The notes below the pieces were generated by a model. That model was not told the origin of the DNA, did no database searches, and saw only the letters and a list, made by a program, of their open reading frames with translations. This document shows, piece after piece, positions 1 to 23,048 of a DNA stretch of 64,000 nt (within the stretch, counting starts at the first letter, position 1; every line of letters starts with the position of its first letter). Where the stretch lies: the NCBI GenBank assembly GCA_030141605.1, contig JAQGDQ010000770.1:1-64000 (forward strand), read 5' to 3'. The stretch comes from Tubiluchus corallicola. Taxonomy: Eukaryota; Animalia; Priapulida. The position numbers and the translations under genes are program-made.

Positions 1-1202
<1,202 letters not shown>

Positions 1203-1203
1203 A

Positions 1204-2150
1204 TATTATTTGCACAAGACAGTTAAGACATAAGCAGCGTATAGAAGGGCAAAGGTTGATAACGATTCAGTATCATAAGCGCCCATTTAGTTGATTTTAG
1301 GAGTGCTATATATTGTGAAATTTTATATTGTGCAAGATCTGTGTAAGTGGGAGTTCGATACTTATAGCGTAATAAAAAGTCTCTAAGTTTATGAAATTAG
1401 TCCCTAAAACATTTGAACTGTCAGTGGGTTGGATCGTCTGAATTAGGCCAATAGACATTTATATTTTTATCTGGAACGAAGCTAAGCTACTCCAAATTGT
1501 GGATTACTGACTTTCAAAACGGCAGATGCAGCCTTCAGTTTTTTGACCAAACTATGGAAAACCAGAACGACCAACCGCTTGGATATTTCGACGGTTTACC
1601 TAGTTATTATCAGAGCGCCTTTAGCCAGCCGCCCGCCGACGATGGACAGTATCAGAATTATGGGTTCGAATCTTCTCAGCAGTCAACTGACGTGTATGTT
1701 GTGGATGGGAGCACAAGGCAGAACCCGCCTGATGGTACAACAGCAAATAATGGACAATCTGGAACAACCTCACTAACGTGTAAAAAATGTAACTTAGTAC
1801 GAATTTTCGTCATCGCATTTGTGTGCGTTAATTTAGTCTGGGCATCATTAGCAATTTATGTAAGTAAATTAAACCTCAAATTTGTATTGCATTTCATAGG
1901 AAATCTGAAGTTGGCCTAATAAGTAATTTAGTACTCAAACGTACTGATGTGTTTGAATAGAATGGAATTTGGAGTCTATTTACTTTAATCATCATGACGA
2001 ACTTAAAATAGGTTTACAAGCTTAAACAGCAATCCTAATAAATTTCATAAAATTATAAAAAGTAAACACATAAAAACACACAGATTCACATAATACAAGC
2101 ATATAACTACAAATCAAAATTTGATTACTTCAAAGATTGTATGCTATTTT
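1204..2150 (+). repeat. Segmental duplication copy 1 (about 0.95 kb); partner at 4241-5263
   Basis: Near-identical from TATT.TTTGCACAAGACAGTTAAG to GTATGCTATTTTT. The partner has an extra segment of about 75 bp at about 4492-4566. Confidence 0.95.
1554..1859 (+). CDS. Alternative/duplicated first coding exon 1a (cytoplasmic tail + TM) of membrane protease gene 1
   Basis: ATG at 1554, 102 open codons ending in hydrophobic IFVIAFVCVNLVWASLAIY, phase-0 GTAAGT donor at 1860. Paralogous to 4669-4971. Confidence 0.6.
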
Positions 2151-3338
2151 TAAATAAGTTTGTTTCAAAAGTGTTAGTGTTCGCGAGTGCCCTGATGTAG
2201 ACAGGCGGGCTGCTGCATAGAACTAGTCCAGCAAAGCAAATGACCTATCAGCCATAGTGGAACAGCGCACTCTAGGAACAGCAAGCAAAAGACTATCATT
2301 TCATCTAAGCCTACACCGGTTTGAATTTGTTCGACGAATCGTCACGAATGTAATTAGGTGCCTCGCCATATAGTCTTTACCATTTCTTAATGAATTGCAA
2401 ATGGACAGCTGACAGTTATCGTATTTCAAGTTGGTTTAAACAGTACTTTATTAACAAACAAATCGGATATGCAGCATACATGCATCTGAGGAAAGAAACA
2501 ATAGCAGGTTCAGAAGAACCTTTTTCTAAAGCCAATCCAGTGACAAGTAGTTCTAGTTATTGCACAAGTTTGCAGTTTGCTGGTTAAAACTGGAATACTA
2601 AAAAGAGGACTGTGTTGAAGAAGGAAAAGGAAAGACTGGCAAAGAAAAAAGAAACAGTGGCTATGGTGAAGTAATAAATCTTGATGCATCTACCAAAGAA
2701 AGAGAGAAGTGAGCATTACAGATGGATCTGAGGACAGATTAATGGAAAACAGGAGATAGAGGAGCAAGGAAGAGCGAGGTTCGGCAAAAGAGAAAAAGAG
2801 AGAAGAGGCAAGCACTACATAATCGTAGTGCTCTGTTTCATAAAAATGACAACAGTACTTAAATAACCGGAGATGTTCAAAGGAATAATGTGGCGCCATC
2901 TGTGAATAAGAAATGTTGTGCGGGTTCCAGGGAATCGTGTCGTCTTATACTCTTCAAGCAGAATTAGCTTTTTTACGAACTGAGCTGACACCTACCTTGA
3001 ATGCCAAAAACCTTCTTAGTGTTATCAATGATTGCACGCAATCGAAAGCAAGATCAATGATTGTAAAAGCACAAAGTTTAATATATTTTGCGTTTTATAA
3101 GGTTAATATTTGCAGTGACGACAGAGATAAGGATACACAAAAATGCAGCCTGGCTAAATTTTATTTTGCTCGGCGAAGAGTAGAGATGCCGCTATCTGTA
3201 AGACGTGCAAGAGTCATAATAGCATTTAATAGGACATGTATTTAGGCGTGTGCTAAGAAGTTTTTAGGTGTGCCGTGTTGCAACGGAATTATAAGAGAAA
3301 AATATTCTGGCGGTTATCGGAATTTGGAAAGCAGCAAA

Positions 3339-3629
3339 ATGGATACTAAGATTTTAGTTGAAAATATGGAAAGCCAGAATGACCAAGCAAAGCAAAAGCA
3401 TGGCTGTTGTGACCATGTGAGTTTTGAACCTACAGCTCAGCAACCACAAGAGCTGGTTGAGGGCACAGTGACGGGGCAAATGTCATTTGCTTCTAGCACT
3501 GTTTCTTCACTCCCACCAAACAATAGGCAATCAAATGCCTTTCCACTAACCAGTAAAAACCGTCTACGGATGGCATTCGGCGTAATCCTATGCATTTTGT
3601 TGCTTGGTGCATCAGTGGCAATGATTTTA
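3339..3629 (+). CDS. Alternative/duplicated first coding exon 1b (divergent cytoplasmic tail + TM) of membrane protease gene 1
   Basis: 97 open codons; MESQNDQ and LTSKNRLRMAFGVILCILLLGASVAMIL are homologous to exon 1c; phase-0 GTAAGT donor at 3630. Confidence 0.6.
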
Positions 3630-4668
3630 GTAAGTAACGTTATAACACTAATCAAGGGTTTTTCCTTCTGAAGATGAGGAAACAGCTAAGTGGACCATTA
3701 TGTACTTAGCGATCGAAGTTAGTCAACACCAATGTCCGCCAATAAATGGATGGCCGGGCGAATGCGGGGGAAACTGTTTTGGGGCATTTTTGCTATAGTG
3801 TTCAAGCTGTCTTGGGGTAGGGGCAAATCTGGAAGATCTGATTCTACAATTTTGTGGTATTAATAGTAGCAGCAGCGAAAATGTTAACGACGTGGTTATG
3901 CCATTAGTTATAGCCTAATCTGTAGGCCTACGTCATCTCATCCCTAGGCCTATAGTCACTATTTCAAGCTATAGACCTATTTTAATGCCGGAACTTTATA
4001 ATTTACTCATATTCTATATTCATATTAGAGCAAATAAATAATTGGGTTAAGTATAGGCATAGGCCTAACGCATAAGTAGGTAACATAAACACACATATAA
4101 ATGACTTTTAGTACGTATAATAAACAAAATCGGTTTATAAAACACGATTTTTTGTGTCATGCAGTTATATGGCAGCGCTCAAAAAACATTATTGTGAAAT
4201 AAAACAGTTCTTGATGTAAATTACAGTGGTTGTTTATTGATATTGTTTGCACAAGACAGTTAAGACATAAGCAGCGTATAGAAGTGCAAAGGTTGATAAC
4301 GATTCAGTATCATAAGTGCCCATTAAGACGATTTTAGGAGAGCTATATATTGTGGAGTTTTATATTGTGCAAGATCTGTGTAAGTGTGTAGTTCGATACT
4401 TATAGCGTATTAAAAAATCTCTAAGTTTATGAATTTAGTCCCTAAAACATTTGAACTGTCAGTGGGTTGGATCGTCTGAATTAGGCCAATAATTGAGAAA
4501 ACCTAATCCTAACAGTGTCTGTATCAAGACTGACCGATGCAGTGGACAAGCGTTGATCTGCTTTACGACATTTATATTTTTATATGGAACGAAGCTAAGC
4601 TACACCAAATTGTGGATTACTGACTTTCAAAACGGCGGACGCAGCATTCAGTTTTTTTGACCAAAAAT

Positions 4669-13755
<9,087 letters not shown>

Positions 13756-14862
13756 AAGAGTCGACGAAAACTTGCCTAATTTATAATTATGAAAATTTGT
13801 CCAATGTGATTTGTATATAGACGCTGAGACTTTCAAGAGCAAATGGCAAGTGTGCATTTGCACCAGTCACGTGACTAGATTGTTTGGAGGTGCAATAAAA
13901 TAAGTCTCACACGGTTTTAAGTTTGTCATTCTCTACAGAGAAATTATAAAAATTCGAAGCAAGTTTGTCTTACAGGGCAAAAAAACGCTGTAAACTCATT
14001 CTTTACCTTAATCATGCAAACAAGGCACTATGTGGAATGTCCACACACCATTGATACATAAATCTTATAGCGTTTCTCAGCTACAGTAACTGATTTAAAA
14101 AAAAACATTAGCTCAGTGCAAAATAACTTTGCGTGTTTTTCCCAGTTTCCAGTAACATGTATATTTATTTTTTTTGTAAAAAAAACTTTAGATAATGTCA
14201 AATTTACCTCTAATAATTGTCACCAGTACATAAAATACTATAACTGATTTTTAAAAGCGAGCAAAATATTGTCTCTGTATGTCATGGGTTATTTGTCATC
14301 TAAGCTTACCGGTGAAATACAGTAACAAGTCTCTAAAAGAGAGATAATTTTTTAACACTGACACCTTTTTATTGGCACTCAACTTAATAATTATCAGTAG
14401 TATAATAATTATATTACTATTAATATTTTTAGACGTATATATCTTAAAGTATATTAAGGCATAGTTAGCTAATATTTCACAATGAATCGTAAAAATTTAG
14501 AAATGACACGCAGTTATATACAAATCCACAAACTATGATGAAAGAAAAGGATAGAACGAGTCCTTTTTCCATGTGTACAAGCCAAGGATCAATGCCAAAT
14601 CTATTTTATCAGTGTGCTTTTAAATAATATTCATAAATGTAGTTATTTTATACTTTGTGTGACTGATTATTGTAACGTCTGGTTGTATCGGAAAAACTGA
14701 TTTGTTACTGATAACTTTGCTCTTTGAGTTTTGCTAACGCTTTGTAAATAAGAGCTTATTGCCTTCAGAAAAATGATGTGGTATAGTTTAACCTAGTAAC
14801 ACCCAGTGATTCAGAAAACTCAGATAAAGTTATTTTATTATATACGTAATTTAATTACATAA

Positions 14863-15291
14863 TCGCATATATTAATTCTACTGGTATGGGCTTAATATAT
14901 ATATATATATACAAGATTCGAGGCTACAGCTTCGACGACGGCACCATTTGCAGCGATCTATACATCAAACGAAAGGTCTCGATCTAGTGTCGTGCCATTT
15001 GGGGTTTATTTTTCGAATCGGGCCTACCGCGAGGAACGGGGGGCGAAAAACCTCCAAAAATGGCCATTTTCGGCCCTTTTTTGCAAAAGTTATACGTCTG
15101 AGATCTGGAGAATGGGAACGGGCTATGGGTGGTGCTGGCAATGGATAGATAGCCCGTTCAGCGGTGGGTGTAGTAGGCATATTTAGAATTTGCGAGAGGG
15201 CCACGGCGTCCCGTAACTGGCGTTCTTTCGGACCCAACTCGCGATTTTTTTCGAAATTTTGACCAAACAGCATGCAGAAAAAACGTTCTAG
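14863..15291 (+). mobile_element. Non-autonomous Helitron-like element, apparently complete (429 bp)
   Basis: A|TC 5' end, CTAG|T 3' end, no TSD, internal (TA)n. A second copy starts at the same A|TC (19780); a 3'-end fragment lies at about 7750-7789. Confidence 0.6.
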
Positions 15292-15486
15292 TTTTGTACT
15301 TGTATAAGCGTACTAATAAAACACCTGTGGCTAAATCCACTGACAGGTCTTGATAAATATTATTTATTGATAGGCTTAAATTAATTGATTTTATACAGGC
15401 CTAGATGCTAAGGGCAATCATTTTGTATAGTTAAATATATAGGCTCGGCTTCATAGAATCTTTGTATGTAATAATGCATACATCAT

Positions 15487-15857
15487 TATTGTGTTTTCTT
15501 TCTTTCAGATGGCTCGTAGAGAAAACCAGAAAACACTTCGTCAAATTAAACTAGTTTATTAAGCGAGAATTCTACAACACAAAAGTACGAAGGTACGCGA
15601 AATGATTACACTGAACGTGAAAATCTGAAAAACGTTTGAGTGTATCTGAAAATACAAGTATACAAGAGAATGTGTAAGTGGCGTCCGTGTGAATCTGTGT
15701 GCCTCTGTTTCAGCGGCGTGCTTCGCCTTATATAGCGCGCCCGAGAAGCTTCCAGAAGTTTTGTTCAAGAACATTCTACACGGTAAGACGATTATTCTAA
15801 TGGAACATTCTACAATACTCTATTTAATTCTAATAGATGCCAGCGATCTCCACAACA
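15487..15857 (-). mobile_element. Solo LTR (371 bp) with 5-bp TSD ATCAT
   Basis: ATCAT at 15482-15486 and 15858-15862; minus-strand termini TGTTGTG...CACAATA; TATATAAG (15727-15734) followed by AATAAA (about 15556-15561). Confidence 0.8.
15727..15816 (-). promoter_or_regulatory. TATA box with clustered heat-shock elements inside the solo LTR
   Basis: aGAAg-cTTCc-aGAAg (15744-15758), gTTCa-aGAAc-aTTCt (15763-15777) and gGAAc-aTTCt (15802-15811) lie immediately upstream of the minus-strand TATATAAG. Confidence 0.7.
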
Positions 15858-16181
15858 ATCATTCATGTATATGAGTGTGTGTGTGCATGGGTGTATCAAG
15901 ACGTTACGACACCCTAGGCTGGCAGTTCAGTCCTACTCATCTCTACTACTGTAAAGATTATTTATATATGAAGCACCGTATGCAATTACTTGTTGTGTGC
16001 ATGTGTGCGTGTGCGAATTATTTATATACAAACCTACAATATAATATATGTGCAATTATATAGATTAATTGCAGGGCACGTAAATGGGTGCAATTTTTAA
16101 TGTGCCAAATTCGCTACCTCGCATTGGAGTAAAACGACCAAGAAACAAATGGCAGAACCTTCAACAAAAAGAAAAGAAATG

Positions 16182-16311
16182 ATCTCTCTCTGTGTGTCTC
16201 TCTCTTCCTCCCTCCTTCCCTCTCTCTGTCTCTGTCTCTCTTTCTCTTACTCTCTCTTTCGTTCTCCACCTTTCTCTCTCTCTCCCTCCCTTTCACTGTC
16301 TCTTCCTCTCC

Positions 16312-16366
<55 letters not shown>

Positions 16367-16385
16367 CCCCTCTTTCTCTCTCTCT
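16182..16385. repeat. (CT)n-rich microsatellite
   Basis: Direct observation. Confidence 0.95.
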
Positions 16386-16682
16386 AAGAGAGTGAGGAAG
16401 AGAAAAATCAACAAATCAATAAAAAAATGCAAAAAATCAATAAAAAAATACTTTTTTTACAAAATAGGAAGCCCATAACGCAGTCGGCTAGCCTCTTTCC
16501 TCAGAAGGAACATTGAAATTTTACTTACAAGAAAACTGGAGAAGTATTTGCAAGTACATAATGCAAAGTTATTGCTACAAATTTTTTCCTTTTCATGAAA
16601 TGTTTTCAGGTTTTTTAAACTAAGAATTGCTTTTAAATGAGATATTCTTGTTTTACTAAAAACACAAAAGTGATTTTGCCTT

Positions 16683-17200
16683 ACTTGTTTACAATTGTTT
16701 AAAACACAACGACTTGTACTTGTTTACAATTGTTTAAAACACAACGACTTGTATTTGTTTACAATTGTTTAAAACACAACGACTTGTGTTTGTTTACAAT
16801 TGTTTAAAACACAACGACTTGTACTTGTTTACAATTAGTTTAAAACACAACGTACTTGTACTTGTTTACAATTGTTTAAAACACGACTTGTACTTTGTTC
16901 TACAATTGTTTAAAACGTCAACGATCTTGTACTTGTTTACAATTGCTTCTAAAGACACAACGACTTGCCACTTGTTTACAATCTAGTTTAAAACACAAGT
17001 CGACTTGTTCACTCTGGTGATTACAATTGACATTTAAAACATGCAACTACTTTTACTATGTTGTACACATTGTTTAAAACGCAACGACTGTACTTGTTTA
17101 CAATCATGCCAATTTAACAACGCAACAAGACCTCTGTACTTGCCTTAGCAGATTGTTTAAAGCGCAACGACATATGTACCTTGCTTAAAATTGTTTAAAA
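16683..17200. repeat. 35-bp minisatellite, roughly 14 copies, degenerating rightwards
   Basis: Unit ACTTGTTTACAATTGTTTAAAACACAACGACTTGT at 16683, 16718 and onward. Confidence 0.93.
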
Positions 17201-17505
17201 CTGCAGCTTATCTTACTAGTAGGGCAGGTAAGCACATGTGGGAAGCCCAGTAGGTACAGGTGACAGAGTAGCAAAGACCACGGCAACAACCTGGATGAAA
17301 AAATCTGTCAAAAGATAATTATGAACAAATTTAAATACAGATGGCAGCACATGTACAATTATGGTGTAAGTTTTTAGTATACGGATCGCGAGTGAAAATG
17401 AACGACAAAAGATGTAGGCCTACATTTATTGCGAAGTCATATTAGTATTAAAGCCAAAGTTTATCTGGATTAAAAATAAGAAAAGAAACTTTATATGTAT
17501 TCAAG

Positions 17506-19204
17506 TTATATTAGTATTAGAAACATTACAGTCACGATTACTGAGCATGTAAAAGCTGAGGCGGGACCAGCACGTGGTGCTGCAGCTGATGGATCACAGC
17601 CGAACTCAGGAACGGTGATTTCATTTTTGCCGTGCATTAGTGGTGGCTCAAGACAATCAATTGTAGACGTCGCCCAATTCTCCTCTTTTGTCCAGACCAT
17701 GTCACAGTCACAAATCAACCGATTTGCTGTAAAATTAACATTGAATTAGTTCATATTAATGGCTATTTCATGTGATCATACGGAGTGGTACAAACTTTTG
17801 CTAATTTACAAAAAGAATGAGTAAAATTTTTACATCAAAGTATTGCCAAAAGAATTGCGAATCTAAAATACGTGTGGAAGCCTCACTCGTGTGACATATG
17901 ATTTGAGCAGTTCTCACTGAACTTAAAATCAGGCTCCTTGCAGACGCCTCACAAAACTTGAATACTGATCAAGTCCTGGTTCTTGATCATCGTCGACTTG
18001 ATCTTTCAGGATAGATCCAGCATGCTTTGCAGTTTCAGGTTTGATGAATATCCACACAATTTAGGTCAATAGAAAAAAAATAATTCCAAAGATTTTAGGT
18101 CACCACTCTAATGATATTCTTCCAGATCGTACTCTAAGATCACGACATCATAGGCTTTCATATTAAATTGTAAGCGTGTGATAGATAACCTTTGTTTCAG
18201 AAATACTTTCATGTAATAGATCATGTAATACTTTCACGTAATATCAAAACAAGACGCATCTGCTGCTGCATTGCCGTCCCAAGTGCCACTATTGCGACAA
18301 TAAGTATCCTGGCAGCGAATGCTAGAGTTTTCATGAAGTTTTTGGAATTTCGTCAACAGCTATCTTAAAATGAAAAGTTTGACGTTCAAAGATCATTTGA
18401 AATACGTTCTTCGTTTGACTATCATCCTTATACCACGGTATCCAATTCATTACTAATTTGACGTTGACTTCTGTTTTATTATTTATTTTTTACTTTTGTT
18501 TTATATTCTTTATTATTTTGCCTTACTCTCTATCCAACAATTATGGTAGCCTTAATATTCACCCAAATGTGCTTATACAATGTAAAATAAATATTTCGTT
18601 ATAAAAATATATATATTATTATAAAAATAATAAGATGGCCGTATTTACAGCCAAAGAAGTCACCTTCACCTACCTGTGAGAATAAGGTCTACCTTGTCTG
18701 GGCCAACATCTTCATGCAATTTCGGCATTTTCATTTTCTTCAAACCGCTGTGTTGGATACGAATGTACTTAAAATTCGGATTTGTCGTCATATCCAGTTC
18801 TAAGTAAACCAGTTTCTTACAACCATACACAGAAATTTTCTGTAGCTCCTTTACTGTAGAAAAACAACGCCTCTCAATATTCTGCAAAGAGTACAACTGT
18901 ACCATCCGGAAATGGTAAATTTTGGCGACGACATCATATTCTCGTAGACTTTCCACATTACATTCCACAAGTTCGAAAAATTTGATGGTCTTTCCACCTA
19001 AGATCTGTTCGGGTAAGATTTTCTCCGAATACTGGTGAATGGTGAGCTGTTCCATGACATCAGGAACGGCATTCGCTATAGCTAGAAGACGTGTTCTGTT
19101 AATCTTCTGTTTTTCACCACATTTAATGCGACACGTAGCAACATCTTTAATCTCACATTCAGGTAAACTTGTTGAGAATCCACAATGGGCTATCACAGAT
19201 TGGG
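17506..19204 (-). CDS. Cell-surface leucine-rich-repeat protein with LRRCT cap and probable GPI signal; 5' end unresolved
   Basis: Exon about 19204-18674 (ORF open to 19334) has a Cys-rich N-cap and degenerate LRRs (LQNIERRCFSTVKELQKISVYGC). It splices in phase 1 to 17726-17506, giving LILTANRLICDCDMVW...C.EP.........C, then small residues and hydrophobic VIVTVMFLILI-stop. Confidence 0.75.
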
Positions 19205-19779
19205 CTGTTACAGAAGTCTCAGAAAATTCTTTCCATGCTGTCTTTAACATAAATGCTACTAGAGCTTGAAGGACATCCCTTTTTAATAACACAATCACGG
19301 ATAAATTTATTAATTTATTCACCAAAGGAATCATAAATTAGCTTTTAGGAAATCATTGTTGATAAAAAGTGGGTAGCATTTGTGTTAACGGGTTTTTAAG
19401 TTTTAAAAAGTTCCATGCAGTAAAAGAAGAAAAGCCGTTCTAGAACCTAAGGCTAGCTGATGAAACAATGACAACATGAATTCTGGGAGATGTCATCGTC
19501 AGATAGTAGCACTTTTAAAAACATCATCCTATAGCCGAAAGCTGCGAAAATTACTGTAAGAGTGAAAGCAGGGCTGGATTCAGATCTTGGGGGCGCAGGG
19601 TGGGCTTTGTGGCTCAACATAAAAAATAAATTTTAGTTCATCTTTTATTTGCTGATTTCAGGTCGACTTTTTCTTCACGGAGAAATATTATATATTCCAA
19701 TGAGATAAGAGAAAAGATTATTATGATTATTTTGCGCGAAAATGTTCTACATTATAATGTGCTTAAGTCATAATTTTGA

Positions 19780-20140
19780 TCGCATATATTAATTCTACTG
19801 GTATGGGCTTAATATATGTATGTATAAGATTTGAGGTTACAGTTTCGGCGACGGCACCATTTGCGGCGATCTATACATCAAATGAAAGGTCTTGATCTAT
19901 TGTCGTGCTATTGGAGGTTTATTTTTCGAATCGGGCCCACCGGGACGAACGGGGGGGGGGGACGAAAACCTCCAAAAATGGCCATTTTCGGCCGTTTTTT
20001 GCAAAAGTTATACGTCTCAGATCTGGATGAGTGGAAAAGGCTATGGGTGGTGCTGGCTATGGATAGATAGCCCGTTCAGCGGTGGGTGTCATAGCATATT
20101 TAGAATTCGCGAGAGGGCCACAGCGTTCTGTAACGGGCGT
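19780..20140 (+). mobile_element. 3'-truncated second copy of the Helitron-like element at 14863
   Basis: Colinear match from TCGCATATATTAATTCTACTGGTATGGGC to GTAAC.GGCGT. Confidence 0.7.
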
Positions 20141-21557
20141 ATTCAGAAATTAATAGCACAATTGTTGTACATAGGGACGACATAACTAACTTGTTCTCGA
20201 TGAGTATTTACATAATTTTTGCAATTCTGTCAAAGTTCTAGAAAATCTTCTTCTCCGCATAACAAGTGCGTGTTTTGATAATGATACTTCCTGCCTGGTT
20301 GTGATCCAGAGTTAGTCACATAAATGTGACTCATCATCGTAAATTCCTGTGCAAAATATATGTAATACAAACACTGAAGATTAAGCTTAAAAGTGCAACG
20401 AAATCTCTTATCTCGTTGCACTCGACTTTTTTGGGACATCAGTCCGGGGCTAACGACCCAAGCACTTCTCCCAAACAAAAGACGCGACATATTTTTATCA
20501 TTTAAGTTGTTTTCCTGCGAACGAAACAGATGCAAAGCATATTCACTTCAATACAGGTAAGCTTATTAGTTCTTTCAATGTTTTGTCGCAGAATACTTAA
20601 TGTCTTTATGTTATTTGAACAGCATTTTGTGGATTCCATACCATGTTTCTACTTTCGAATTTTAGTAGATCCATTCGTGGAAAAAACTGAACAGAAGAAG
20701 TATGACACACTGGGTGGAACGTTCGAGACACGTGTGTCCGACAAACAATAGTTCCGGCCATTGATAAATTTGTCCAGTAGAAATTACGAAAACTGACGAA
20801 AGACGGACAAATGTAACCGAGAACTTCTTTTAACGATTTCACTGGCTATTTTCAGAATGGCCACCAAGTTTTTTCCGTGTTCTTCAACAAAAATATTACT
20901 AAATCAATTTAAGCACCCACTATTTTTTGATTTTAAATTTTAAATCAGTATGCTATACAGTGTTTCACTATTAATTTTGGTTTATATTGTAATTCTGCAG
21001 CGTAGCCAATTTTGAAGTATGGTTTATCCTTGTGGCATGTTTCAAAAGTTTTTCATTGTTTCAAAAAGTTATTGCAGTAATTACAAAAGAAGCCAATTAC
21101 AACGTGGTTGCGAAGTCCACGGTGCAAAACTTCAAATGCTAATTAAAAAATCTTAGCTGTTGAATAACACCATGATGGGCGTTAGTGGAACAGATGTAAA
21201 GAAAATTGAAAATCAAATTAGTTGTGAACACCCCAAGATCTAACAAAATAGAAAACGTCTGATTGTAATTCATTTGCTGTTTTGTAACAAACAGTGCAGA
21301 CATCTTGTTGGTTGAGTTAATTATCAACGTGTTATTATTATCGTGTTTATCAGCCTGCGCGTCTTACGTTTCTTATCTTCTCATGCGCAGTATTTGTTGG
21401 TCTTGGACTCTGTCCGTCATAACAGCGATTACAGAAGCATTGGGAGAAATGTAAACAAATTTTGAGCTAATGTGAACACAGGATAGATGTATAGATTTAT
21501 TGAGTGGTTGAGTGTTTGTGTTGCAAAGGAAAGATAGTCTTGATTCTTGTGGAAAAT

Positions 21558-21709
21558 TTGTTTAAAGCTGTGTTGACGTCCGACAACTACAAAGTGAAAT
21601 TTATAAAGTAGACCTATAAGTTGGTTTAATTGTTTAAAGCTGTGTTGACGTCCGACAACTACAAAGTGAAATTTATAAAGTAGACCTATAAGTTGGTTTA
21701 ATTGTTTAA
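21558..21709. repeat. Perfect 72-bp tandem duplication
   Basis: TTGTTTAAAGCTGTGTTGACG... at 21558 and 21630. Confidence 0.95.
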
Positions 21710-22271
21710 TGAAATTTATGTAGCAAAGTATCTATAGTCTTATTTCATGATATATTGCTTCGATCTATTCTGTTTTACAACAAAATAAATCTTCTGTTAT
21801 ATTATGTGACTAATTTTTATTTATTTATACGATTTATAATTTTCAATGATTTTAACTGGAATTTTAATAAACAATTTACGGATCTCTGTTTTTAATGTTT
21901 TACGTTGATAAAATTATTATAAGATTATAAAAGAATTTGCCATCCTAATGACCCCATCTTATGTAATCTGTAAAAGATACCTATGATGCGCATTGGTCGT
22001 AGCAAACGGTTACCAAGTAGACTAACTAGGCATGTTTTGCCGGATGTGACCAGAGCTTTAATGGGCCTTTATCTTATAAAGACAGTCAGACTTTTGCATG
22101 CAAGTTTTGCTAAAAATCACAAATAATGTTGCTATTATCTTAGACTTATCATGGTTGCATTTTGACTTACATATTCTTACAAAGCACATAAGGAGATAAA
22201 TTAGCGCATCAAGTTTTGCAGGTTTTACTAACAAGACCTCCTGGATTTTCAATGGGATAATAAGGAAAACT

Positions 22272-23001
22272 ATGGCAGAAAGCAATTCAGAAATGGAAGA
22301 ATGCAGACCAACTGTGGTGGAAAATGAACCATGTACATCAGAAACAAAAGAGGAGCATGGGATGGCAGAAAACAAGCCAATGGCGGCGGAACGCAATTCA
22401 ACAACGGAACATGACAAACCGCCACCTTACAGCCTTTATGATATGAACAATCCTACTTTGACTGGTGTGAACGTCACGTTTAACAACACGGAGTTGCCGC
22501 CCGTGGCATATGTAAGCACAGTGTCAAATACTCAGTCCAGCCAGGCTAGGGCCAAACGAAAATGTTCTCGGGCTAGTTGGATATTTGCCTGCCTAGTTAT
22601 ACCCGTCCTGCTGATTCTTTGTGGAGTCATTGTGTATGTAAGTACTACGACCGTGATACTACGACCGTAAATAGTTTTTATTATAATAATGTAACTTTGG
22701 TATAGTACTACTATGTAATTAGAATATTTGAGTAGGCCTTAATCATGTTAATAGTTTTCTATTAGTGTTCAAAAATATTAATGGTTTCAGTTCTATCAGC
22801 ATTTCTTCAGATTAGATCACGAGTGTATGATGACGTCATACCATCTTTTAGCTTTGACTTCAAGTCTTGTATCTATTATTTCGCTTTTGTTCTTCACATC
22901 ATTAAATCAGTACGAAAATGATAATTTGATAACCCAGACTGACATGTGATTTCTAACTTTTCTTTGCTTTTCTCGTTGTGAGTTTTTTAAACTATTTTTA
23001 G

Positions 23002-23048
<47 letters not shown>

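Noticed and set aside
2590-2810. Purine-rich stretch resembling a LINE end
   Set aside because: No identifiable protein motif or boundaries.
16683-17200. 35-bp repeats as a CRISPR array
   Set aside because: Head-to-tail units without unique spacers, eukaryotic context and no cas genes.
17880-18360. Coding-looking minus-strand stretch inside the LRR intron
   Set aside because: Stops in the frames examined and no recognisable motif.
17506-19334. Link to bioluminescence (LRR luciferase accessory subunit, OATP luciferin uptake)
   Set aside because: Only generic family-level resemblance; nothing in the sequence supports it.
20160-20900. Possible decayed DNA-transposon ORF on the minus strand
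   Set aside because: Only faint resemblance and many stops; cannot be supported without an HMM search.
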